Part shown: positions 13,286 through 24,167 of the stretch, piece after piece
Numbering within the stretch: the stretch's first letter is position 1
Layout: every line of letters starts with the position of its first letter
Origin: Blastocystis sp. subtype 4
Lineage: Eukaryota
Assembly: GCF_000743755.1 (NCBI RefSeq)
Contig: NW_014569514.1
Coordinates: 1-57,742 of the forward strand
Length of the DNA: 57,742 nucleotides
Direction: 5' to 3'
Made by a program: the position numbers and the translations under genes
Notes under the pieces: model-generated
The model's database searches: none
What the model was told of the DNA's origin: nothing
What the model saw: the letters and a program-made list of their open reading frames with translations, nothing else

Positions 13286-16200
13286 ATGGCTACTGCCAGA
13301 ATAACGAAGGGATATACACTTAGCGACAAACATAAAGGCCCATCTACTCTACGGCGCTGTATTTATGGAGCATTTGTTGGCTGTTCGCTTCTTATCCTTC
13401 TTTCTGTTGGAATTGCTATTGGATACATTTCCAGAGTGAATATTGAATCACTATTTGGTGGTACAGTGTGAGTTTCTGGTATTTGATATAATTCGCAGGA
13501 ACTCTTCTCGCATATCCAAAGATGACAAGAAGCAGGAGGTAGAAGTTACAGATTCTGCTGTATCGATGAACCGATCTCCTCTGTTTTTGTTTTGTTGTTG
13601 CTTTACTTGTAGTGAAAAATCAGGAATGGAGTTTTCTGGATACAACCGTTACAAAATTGACGAATTTGAGGACAAACCCAACTTTTCTGTACTTAATGAC
13701 TCAATGTTCTAATTGGCAGATTTCGTTTTGGTTTCGTCTACCAGGTGTTATTCAAGCAAATGATCTGTTCTTGGTTGGTAATCGTGATATTCAGTGTAGT
13801 GGAGAAAAGTGTAAGGGGTTTGTGATGTATTTTAGTGTTCGTACATCGTAATTTTTGTTGTGGAGAGTCATAGATAGGAAATTGCGAATTGTGTGGCAGT
13901 CGGAGGAGATAGACAGTGCAATGGAGGTTGTTACTTCAGGTCGTGTCTAGTATAGATTTTATTTATTTCTAACTTAAAGTGAGAATGTCTGGAATCATGT
14001 CGTTCTGGTATTCGATCGTCATGGTGCTTCAAAGACAGGTATAGAATACTCTGTATCTCCAATCTAGATGGTTTCTACCCTATTTCATTAGAGTGTTATT
14101 TCAACGGCCATTTGAGTGTCCTACGACGTGCTCAATTTGGCTCTGCAGGAAAGAGTCCTCTCTATGTGGGAGGAAGTCCTTCGAATATTCATCACCATTA
14201 TGGTCGCATCTATAGTGTCATGGTAGAAGTGATCACAAGAATAATACCCAGATTTCAAATACTGTCTTTACTGATAAACAAGTCACTATCCTCTATGCTA
14301 ACCATGCTGAGGACATTCGAGTTTTGTCGTCTTTGTGTCAAGGAGTGTATCTGACTCGATCAGAATCTGCTCCCAGTTATAAGGGAGAGAAAACAGATCC
14401 TCCTGCTCCGATTGGTCTGACGACAACTTCATTCCATTATCTAACACGTTCGAAGAAGAGAAAACCTCGTGTTCCTACAGCCTCGGAAGCCGTTAAACGA
14501 GCATCAACTCATCAGAAAGGGGAGATGAAAGAAAAGCCTGTTGAAACGACAACACCTGCAACTATTGCTGAAGTGGAGAACATGATATCGAACACACAAA
14601 AGTCACAGAGTCTCTTGAATGCTTACATTCATCGTCAACCGTTCATAGTAACCAAATCTTCAGGAAACCTGCGAACTGATCAGTATCCTCAGCCTCCTCC
14701 TTTCACAGACGAATTGTGTGCTGGAGTTCCTCCCAAGCCCATTCCTCAACCAACAGGGGCTCTACAGAGCTATATAGAACGTCTCCTTTCAACAGATGAA
14801 CAGCCACTAAAAGAGGGGTCATTTTCGTTCCAAGTTCCTAACGATCTGTATGAGGACTATCACTATCTGAGTGAGTATCGAGCCAAGCATGTACGAGATG
14901 CCTTTTGTTTCGCATGGGGAAATTACCACACTCGAGCATGGGGAGCTGATGAAATGCATCCTGTGGATGGAACACCAGGCAAAGACTGGGGAGGTATTGG
15001 AATGACTCTTCTGGATAGTGTGGATACATTGAAGATTCTTGGCTTGGAGAAAGAGTTTGAGGCGGCGACGGAGTGGGTAGGAAAGACTACACGGCTGTGA
15101 AGAGTAGGTGAAATCTAAAGCCGACTTTGATATGAATCTCCAGTCTCCAGTATTCGAGTTCAACATTCGGATTGTCGGAGGTATGTTAGCTGCTTATGAT
15201 TTGTCAAAAAACAATGTGTTTTTGGATAAGGCACAAGACATGGCTGATCGGTTATTACCTGCTTTTAGTACTCCTTCAGGATATCCCAAAGTAGTACTTC
15301 TTTTGTGATAATAATGGTAGTCATCGGTGAATCTGAAAACAGGAGTTTCATCGTTACCATCATGGACACAGAATAAAGTCATCTTAGCCGAACTGGGAAC
15401 GATGTCTGTGGAATTTTTGTACAACCAGAAAGAGAACTTGATTTGTAGATATTTGAGTCATCACACTGGAAACGTGAAATATAAGAAGGCTATCGACTCA
15501 ATATATAACACATTAAAAAGGGTTCAGACTCAAGATGGTTTGTTGCCTACTTTTATGAATCCTGTAACAGGTGAAGCGGCTCATGGTGACTTAAGTATGG
15601 GAGCGATGGCTGACAGCTATTACGAGTATTTGTTAAAGATGTGGATTCAGACAGGTAAGAAGGATGAAGTAGGAATCTTCTATTGAATCAAATATAGACA
15701 TTACGGAGGATGTATAATGAAGCAGTGGATGGACTAACAAAACGCCTTCTAAAACGTACATCAAGTGGCTTATTGTATTGTGGTCTGGAACGAGGATCCA
15801 ATCAATTTAAAGCTGAGATGGGTCACTTGACTTGTTTCTTGGGTGGAATGTTAGCGTTAGGTGTATTGCATAATGTGAATCCAGCTACAGCAGAACGTGA
15901 TTTGGCGAATGCCAAGTCTCTTGGGTTATATTAGCAAGAATTGGTTCATTAATAGATATTCCTGTTATATGATGTATTCCAGCACAGAAACAGGAATTTC
16001 AGGAGAAGCAATGTTTTTCCGTGGAAATACTCCTTCTGTGAATTCACAAGCATCTTATTATATTCTACGGCCAGAAGCTATTGAAACCTTGTACTATCTA
16101 AATCAAATCACAGGAGATCCTATTTATCGGTAAGAGAGAAATAGACAAGTGATGTATAGAGAATGGGGATGGAAGATGTGGAGTAACATAGAGAGAGAAT

Positions 16201-16400
16201 GTCGAACGACTTATGGTTATGGTCATTTGCGAGATGTTCGGAAGAAGGGTTCGATTGACAATCGAGCTGAAAGTTTTTTCTTTGCAGAAACTTCGAAATA
16301 TGCTTACTTGTTATTTAAGGATGAGAAGATTGTGGATTTAGTGAAACAAGTATTCAATACAGAAGCACATCCCTTATCAATTCTTAGTGAATCATCGTGA
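13286..16400 (+). CDS. Type II membrane GH47 alpha-1,2-mannosidase with an N-terminal LamG/ConA-like domain
   Basis: TM segment near the N-terminus; ISFWFR...WNHVVLVFD...YFNG...PLYVGG (LamG); AWGNY..AWGADE, VFEFNIRIVGG, LAELGT, ADSYYEYLLK, HLTCF, LRPE, ESFFFAETSKY, FNTEAHP (GH47). Confidence 0.9.
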
Positions 16401-16437
16401 TTTTGTTTGTTAAAGTAAAAATTCCATCAACTATGAT

Positions 16438-17172
16438 CTAGTACAAACGTGAGATCACCTGAGAAGCGAGGTCCTCCAAATCGGGATCACCACAACAACT
16501 AAAGGGAAACAAACCTCTTGATACATCCTTTGTAATTGTTTTCGATATATTGAGAGACTGAGGAGTGGGAATCGAATTCAAAAGTGAGATGAGAGTGTAG
16601 ATATAGTCATAGTCACTAATGAGATCACAGTTATCGCTTAGGTAACGCAGAAGAATTAAGTGAATATCTTGAGAATACAAGTAACTCCAAACTTCTGGTG
16701 AACGGATTCGTTTGATACTTTCGAGTAGTAAATAGCGCTGTCCAACCTTTGAATAAGTTATTCATACTAGAATTACTCCAAGTGTATTCTGAAGCAGGAT
16801 TACAAACTGCTTTGCTTTATCAATAGTACAAACAGTTCCAGTCATTGGATTAAAACACTCCAAAAGTCTTGTTTCAAAGACAGTGAGAGGATAGAGAGAG
16901 CCGTCTTTGCAAGCTTTCTCAATAAAATGATTCTCCTGATCAGTTAATGATTTGAATGATAATGATTTCTAATGATAAGTCCATTGTCCCATATTCACTT
17001 GTCCTGTAATTGGATCGATTCCACTTAGTCGTTTATATTCTTCAACAAACTGTATGTAATAGGACATATTCATTCTCACTTCATATAGCTGTTTGAGTTG
17101 TTCATTGTATCTTTCCTTCTGTGAGTTGATAATATCTTCAATCTCAGTTTGAGTTGTTTCTTGACTATTCAT
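16438..17172 (-). CDS. Hypothetical protein (N-terminal coiled coil, helical C-terminus loosely like a TFIIS N-terminal domain)
   Basis: ORFs 16969-17238 and 16438-16680 separated by plausible ~30-nt introns; no firm motif. Confidence 0.5.
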
Positions 17173-17249
17173 ATCCAAGAATAACAAATTAGAAAAGAGC
17201 TCAAATTGACCAATCCCTTTCTTTTGTTTCTTCTTCATTATTCCTTGAT

Positions 17250-18519
17250 ATGTTGGATGTTATACTTCTGATTTTAATTCTTTTCATTACTACGAATATT
17301 TCAAGGAGCGTAGAGTTTGTTTGTCATCAATGAGGAGTAGAGTTATTCGCAAGAACGTTTTTCCCTTACTGTCGTTTATACCAATCGTGCCTCTCTGCGA
17401 ATTGTTCCTACCCATCGTGCCTCTCCGCAGACTATTCCTTCTAATCGTACGTCTCTGCAAACTATTCCTCCCAATCAAACCTCTCTGCAAACTATTCCTC
17501 CCATTCGTTCCTCTTTACAGACTGTTTCTACCATACAACCTGATTCAGAACCTGTCATTTGGGGAAAACCACTGAAAGACGAGACCTGGAAGATTAGCAA
17601 AGCGCTACAAATGCTAATTGAAGGAAAACCTAGCGAACCAAATAATGTCATTATCTTCTCTCCAAATGTTTGGGCTGGATTTTGCAACAACTTTCGGACT
17701 ATTCGAGGACTTGCGCTGTATTCAATCCTAAAAGGCTTCAAATTGAGAAGTGGAGATAGTGGTTTTCAATTATAATTAGTTCTCTGGAAAGAGTATTTCG
17801 AGGTGATGAGCCCTACATTGTCTGTTCTGTCAAAGACTACTAGTCGGTCATGTGGTTTTATCGCGAACTTTTATGATAATGTTAATAATATGAATCTGCA
17901 TGGATGCTATTATACAAACGAAATCATGGATGTAACTGACCTCCTATTGAGTATCGAGGAAAATAGAAAGAAACTAGTTGAATTGGGTTTCTTTAGTGAT
18001 ATTCCGAAAAATGAAGAGGTCACTCACTTCCTTTCACTGGTATTTTTCCAATTGAATAGTGTTCTGCAAAAGGAGGTTGATGAATTCTATTCACAATATC
18101 GAAATGATTTTCTAGTTGGAATCCAGCTCCGAACTGGGGGCAAGTTGTCGGATTCTTATGAGAGTAGCATGTTTCTGACTGAGGAAAAACTACCATTAGC
18201 GTATGCATTTATTATGGAAGCAATTCGAAATACGACAATGCCAAATGTAACAGTGTTTTTGTCTACCGATTCATCGTATGTCCAAGCTGATGCTAAAAAG
18301 AATCTTCCTTACACTGTAATCAGTGCAGATATGTACAAGATTGGTCATTCATCGCCAGAGAGGCAACGTCAAAAAGTGCTTGATTGCACAAAGCGAGCCG
18401 TTGTTGATATCTATCTTCTATCTAAGTGTTCTGTTCTGATTACTACTGGTCATAGTTCATTTGGAGATACTGCAAATGCACTTTCACTTGCAACTACCAA
18501 ACTCCACCTCTTTGTATAA
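17250..18519 (+). CDS. Secretory-pathway fucosyltransferase-like protein (GT-B; NodZ/FUT8/GT37-like motifs) with a repeat stem
   Basis: Signal/anchor MLDVILLILILFIT; AGFCNNFRTI, VGIQLRTG, VFLSTDS, AVVDIYLLSKC...GHSSFG match the alpha-2/6-fucosyltransferase motifs I-III. Confidence 0.75.
17383..17532 (+). repeat. Five imperfect 30-nt tandem repeats encoding NRTSLQTIPP-like units
   Basis: NRASLRIVPT HRASPQTIPS NRTSLQTIPP NQTSLQTIPP IRSSLQTVST. Confidence 0.9.
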
Positions 18520-18558
18520 CACTACTTTTGCGGTCTTGTTTGTTGGATATCAAACCCA

Positions 18559-19308
18559 TTACTTATTGATTCCAAATGGAAGACGAGGATCACTGGCTGG
18601 TCGAAGCATTCTCCAGTAAGGAGGGAAATTCGACATAATCTCTTTTCTCTCAAGTACAAAAAATCCGTGTTTCTGGTAAAACGGGAGATTTACTTCCTTG
18701 GAACTCTCAAGATAGATTGGGTAATTGTGTTCATCTGCATACGAAGTCAGTTCTTTCATCATCTTGGATCCGTATCCTCGTTGCTTTTCTGCACTCTTCA
18801 CCCCAATTTGGAAGACATAGATATGATTGAACTAGATTCAAGTATTCTACAATCTCATACTGGTGGATGGTCACCGTTTGTCACAGTTGAAAAGTAAAAC
18901 ATCTATGAATTCAGTATCACCCACAATCACCTACTCGAGCGATTCCCCGCAACGATCCTGCGATATCATACCAATTCCAGGGTGTTAGTACCGATGAAAT
19001 GGCGTAAGAGTTACCCATTGGGCAGTTATCACGTATCCACCTACGATCATCAGGAATAAACAGGACTACCATATCATAGCACCTGTTTTCTCTTCATTAA
19101 TATACACACTACCCCCTTGTACACATGGAGGAAGAATGTTGTCATACAATCTTTGTAATCCATGCTCTTTGTGTTCATCTTTTCTTACTAATGCACACTG
19201 GACTATGGATAAAAAGATAGAAAGAAGATTACCAGGATCCTCACGGAAAGCATCTGTAAGTATTTCCTTGGCAATCGCCATATTGTTGTCATTGGAAGCC
19301 TTTTGCAT
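18559..19308 (-). CDS. GNAT-family N-acetyltransferase (puromycin-acetyltransferase-like)
   Basis: ILTDAFREDP...GAMIW; YIFQIGV...QRGYGSKMM (motif A); IYLESSKEVNLPFYQKHGF (motif B). Confidence 0.85.
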
Positions 19309-19417
19309 GTTTGTTATACTCTTCTATCAACTTGAGAATAATTGAGACGAAGAATACAGAAGAAGATCCTTGGGATCCCACAATAAAGACTTATAAGAAA
19401 CACAAAAACCATTCAAT

Positions 19418-21199
19418 TTACAGTTCTTGCTCTTCAAGATTCTCAGAAGCCACCTCTTCAACCTCTTCATCATCAAGATCACTTGCGAGTTCCATTTGAG
19501 TCTTCTCCTCCTTCTCCTTCTTTTCCTGTTGAGCACCTTTCCCTTATGAATCCAAACAAGTCATACGAGCCAATTCATTGTTCAACCACTCAATAATGCC
19601 ATCAGCAGTACGTTCAGGAATATCGACATTGTTCTCAAGAGGTTCGCCTTCACGGAAGTAACGAATAACAGGATGGTCAGTAATATTGAAACGCAACTAC
19701 AGGAAACCCACAGACTCATATCCTACACGAATCGTCTCATACCGAGCAGCATTCACAGAAGCGAAATAGACATTCAAAGGATGCTTCGCGAAGGCATCTC
19801 GATAGACCTGAGCAAACTCTCGGCATTCAGGACAACGGAAATCATAGAAGAGAACAAGAACATTCCGTTTTCCATTCAACACACGATCAACATTCTGAGA
19901 ATGCATAATTATCTGATTATCATTCCTCCTTCAAACACATACACTACGAGTTGTTTCGATTGGTTCAAATTGATGCAAAATATTGAGACGAGCAACAGTA
20001 GGAGCATACTTCTCATCAGTCACAGGAAGAGGGTCTAAAGTATAGACTGTTGAGTTAATACGATCATAAATTATGGTAGGATCATTAGCAATAATCTACA
20101 CTAATTATTACTCTCTATCAGACTCACATCCTTCATTATACTATAATAGATAGCACTATTCTTATATAACTTTCTCTCCTTTCGAACACGATGCATGATC
20201 TCTTGACGAGTTTCTACATTCCCCTACAATCAATAAGAACCTTCATTTCTACATTCAAGAACTGCTCTGCAAGTTCATCCAACACTGCATCTCGTCCATA
20301 GGTTTCATCCAGACCACCATCCACAACACGATGAGTACCCAAATGCTCATTCAAGAATAGCACGATGGAATCGACTGTGGGAAGACGAGGGAAGGTATGA
20401 TTATACTCGACATTTTCAGCAGGAAGGAAGAGCATAGAAGGAGTATCACCTACATTCAGTTCCTCACAAAGATCGTGCATCAAGGAACAATCAATCCGTC
20501 CAAAATCAATACTGGGCTCCATCTAAAGTGGATCGAAAGGAGGAAGACATACGGCAAAGGATTCAGCTGCCTTTTCGACCTGAATGGAGAAATCATAACA
20601 AGCTCGTTCGAAGGGAGACATGATTTCAATGAAGTGAGATACCGACTTGTCCTCTTTCATCTTCTCGTAAAGAGGCTTGTTAAGGAATTTAACATAACTC
20701 TTCTTAGGGATCATTCCCGTGGCTTCTGTTATGAAGTCAGTCTAGTCATAACAAATGTAAAGAATAACTACCAAAGATTCGGAGTCAAAATGCTGGACAC
20801 AACGAGTACCTCCTTTGGTAATCAATCGGAGCTCTAACTTGGCAGATTCTGGGTCCACATCACAGAATTCAGCAGCTTCAGGAACCTTATCGGTGTCAAT
20901 TGCACCAAAGATCATCTTTAACTAATCACTACTTAACTAACCCACATCATTCTCCTTCTCAAAGAAATAGGTGAGAAGATTCGGATAATACAACTGCCAA
21001 CGGCAACTTGGACACTGCGAACCACGGAAAGCAACAACAAGATATCTTTCAGATTCATCACTAAAGAATTCCTTCATATCTTCAGGTTCCAACTCGTTTA
21101 TTTCCCTAGCATCACAATCCTTAATGATAACTACATGGCCAAGTACTTCTTGCATTGTGTAATAGAAAGCAATAAAAGAGCAATAATAGCAAATCTCAT
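19418..21199 (-). CDS. ER protein disulfide-isomerase-family protein (thioredoxin domains, ERp29-C domain, further thioredoxin domain, EQEL tail)
   Basis: Signal peptide MRFAIIALLLLSITQC; CPSC and CPEC sites; GGLDETYGRDAVLDELA...RLNILHQF (ERp29-C); acidic tail ending EEQEL*. Confidence 0.8.
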
Positions 21200-21525
21200 A
21201 GTAATTAGAATAAGAAATGTTGGTTTCCATGCGAGCTCGAATGTTCGATGTGTGTTATAACCGCGGGAATTTCTCCGATGAATGGAACATCAGTAATGAT
21301 TAATGAAAAGAAAAAACCGAAAAGGATTCTAAGCCTTTGACTATGGAATGGCATGATCGTTGGATCATTCTTGAGACTCATATGTTTCAAGGAGAACTGT
21401 AATTTTCACATTCCAGACGACAAATTAAAAGAGATAAAATAGAAATTAGAAATGCTTATCATCATTTCATTCTTGTCAGTGTCACCATTTATCCTTTTAT
21501 CTTGTTGTCGTTCTTTTAACACATT

Positions 21526-22970
21526 ATGGCAAGTCGAGAGTTGATTTTGACGTTCCTAGGAACAGGAGCAATGAAACCAGCTTTTCGCCGTGGAAGTAGT
21601 TGTCTAGACATTGGAATCAATGATTAGCAAGTGCATTAGGCCTGACAATTCCAACCATTCGAGGGACGGAGAATTGGTTATTTGATTGTGGTGAAGGTAA
21701 AATATGGTATTTACTGTAAAAGGAAGGAACATTCCGACAGATGTGCATTTTCAACCGTCAAGCAAATCACCGAGTCATTAATTCCGAAGACCAGTCAAAG
21801 TTAAATGGAATTCGCTTTGGATGCAATAAGCTCAATCGGTTGTTCATTTCTCATCTTCACGGAGATCATATTTTTGGCCTCCCTTCAGTGATATTAGGTG
21901 TCAGCTTTGAGAGAGATCCAGAGTTGAACGAATCCTCACCGATTGACATTTACGGACCTTCTGGCCTAGCAGAATATCTCAGTACAGTATTTCGTGTTTG
22001 TGAATCTCGTATTTCATGCAAGCTCAATATCCACGAGTTGTGTCAATGGAATCAGCCTAGTAGTTGTAAGTGTAAGTAGGTCGCTTCACAATAGATATTT
22101 CCTCCTCTGATCCGAATTATTCTCATTTGTCTGTTCAACCAATCTATCCTAATGGTGATCGAATTTGGTGTTGTATAGACGAAGAATTCGGAACTGTGAA
22201 AGCTGGGACCGTATCACACAATATTACTACATTTGGATTCAGTTATCAAGAGAAAGATCAACCAGGAAATCTGAATGCTAGTTGTGTTTTGCCTCTCCTT
22301 AAACGGAATGAAGAGGGACTCCAGCAAATGGGATTATCTATATATGAGGTTATCCATCGCTTCAAAGTAGTATTAGGATTGAGGATTGATGGTAGAAGGG
22401 AGAAGAGTTCGTTTTGCCCGATTCGACAGTTTTAAGTCCTTCAAACACGCTTTATCTATCTCCGATGAAAAAAGGACGACATGTCTCTTTTCTCGGTGAT
22501 AATCGTTCTGCTAGACGAATATCGAATCTCATTTATGGGAGTGACATTTTAGTACATGAAGCAACGATTGGTCCAATTCCAGATGATGTTGTTCCAAAAG
22601 AAGGTTTGATTGGATCACGTTGGCTTTCAATTGGGTTGTAATTTCCAGAGTCATCAAATCAAAACAGCAAGGAATTGAGAGCTCTTGAGAAAAGTGTCCA
22701 TTCAAAGGGACACAGTACAGCTGTTGAAGCTGCTCGATTTGCAAGAGAGCTAGGGGTGAAAACGTTGGTTCTGAATCATATTTCGAATCGTTATGATTTC
22801 TTGGATGAGAAACATTATAACGAGGCTGTAGATTCTATTCGGTCAATTGCAATTGTATATGGAATGAACTGATGTTGATTTATAGAAGGAGTTTGGGTCT
22901 TCGCAAGTGTATGTCCCTCATGACTTCGATTCTGTCGTTTTAGATGGAATAAAACGACAATTGTCACTTT
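21526..22970 (+). CDS. rnz: Short-form tRNase Z (metallo-beta-lactamase); stop probably created by polyadenylation at T22970
   Basis: LTFLGTGA, WLFDCGEG, FISHLHGDHIFGLP, IYGPSG, FLGDN, LVHEAT, GHST, LVLNHISNRY, PHDF. Confidence 0.92.
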
Positions 22971-22974
22971 GTCA

Positions 22975-22982
22975 TGTTTGTT
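22975..22982 (+). terminator. TGTTTGTT polyadenylation motif of the RNase Z gene
   Basis: Exact motif with T at -5 in codon position 1. Confidence 0.8.
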
Positions 22983-23050
22983 AAAAATATCCTCGATTTC
23001 GGAACTCCAAAATCCAGAAAGTACTCCATCTTTTATAATATCCAGTGATA

Positions 23051-24104
23051 ATGTCTGCTGACCTTGCCGAGAAGATAAGAAGACAAGTTGAATTCTATTT
23101 CAGTGGTTTGAACCTGCAACGTGATAAATTCATGAGAGAGAAGATGTCTGCTGATCCTGATGGATGTAATGATGCTCTTTTCTTCTAATGTACCAGTTAT
23201 GCTTGTTGATACGTTAATGACGTTCAATCGCTTGAAGCAGTTGTCGACTGATAAGCAAGTTGTTATTGATGCTATCAAGGGATCGGATAAACTGACTGTA
23301 GAGGGTTGTGGGGTCTTTTTACGTAGTTCAATGATGACTTTACCAAAGTGAAGAGCAATATCGATTTCCAGAAACCCGAAAACAATGTCTCGTTGCGAAC
23401 TTTGCATCTTCGTGGTTTCCCTACAAGTGCTACTCTGGATGACCTCCTTGATGGATTGAAGCCTTATGGAAATAGTTTGGTTACTGTTATAATATGATCC
23501 CTAGTTCGCTTCATCGAAATGCGTCGCTATATTGGTAACAAGGCATTCAAAGGCACTATCAATGTTGAATTCAATTCCAAAGAGGAAGCAGAAGAATTTA
23601 TGAAGAAGACAATTATGTTTGCAGGGAAAGAGATTACTGACAAACAATTCCTGAGTGAACGTGAAAAGGAGATTGAGGAGAAGAGTGTAGTCACTGAAGT
23701 ATGTTGGTTACCTTTAGAAACGATACAGCTATAGTCCCAATAGTCTTGTTCAATTCAAGAATATTGGTACAGAAACGTCAAATCAAGAATTTAAAGAATT
23801 CTTGAAGCCCTACTTAAACGAATACTGTTATGTACTCCGAAAGGAAGGTGATAATCAGGGAATTGTGCGTTTTGCTACGAGTGAGGATGCAGCAAAGGCA
23901 GTTCAGGAATTGAAGGATAAGACACTGGCTGCAAAGCCTCTGAAGCTTATGATTCTTTCTGGAAAGAAGGCGAACGGTGTATGGACACAGATCAAAGCTC
24001 GTATGGTTGAAGAGGAATCGATGAAGAGAGAGCAACCAGTAGATTCAGAGAAGAGAGACCATCCTGTGGAAGAAGACAATGCTAAGAGGGTGAAGGCTGA
24101 ATAG
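23051..24104 (+). CDS. SSB: La autoantigen homolog (La motif, RRM1, RRM2)
   Basis: KIRRQVEFYFSGLNLQRDKFM, LMTFNRLKQL, RTLHLRGFP, FKGTINVEF, GIVRF. Confidence 0.9.
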
Positions 24105-24167
24105 AGACTCGTTTTTTCTCATGTTTGATAAGAAACAATAGAATTACGTTAGATCAATCAACTATTG

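Noticed and set aside
17383..17532. Tandem repeats as a possible CRISPR array (also 52713-52907)
   Set aside because: No unique spacers, in-frame coding repeats, eukaryotic context.
19418..20016. Separate thioredoxin gene starting MRSMLLLLV at 20016
   Set aside because: That frame does not join the thioredoxin exon cleanly; the upstream ERp29-C frame splices in through a canonical 30-nt intron.
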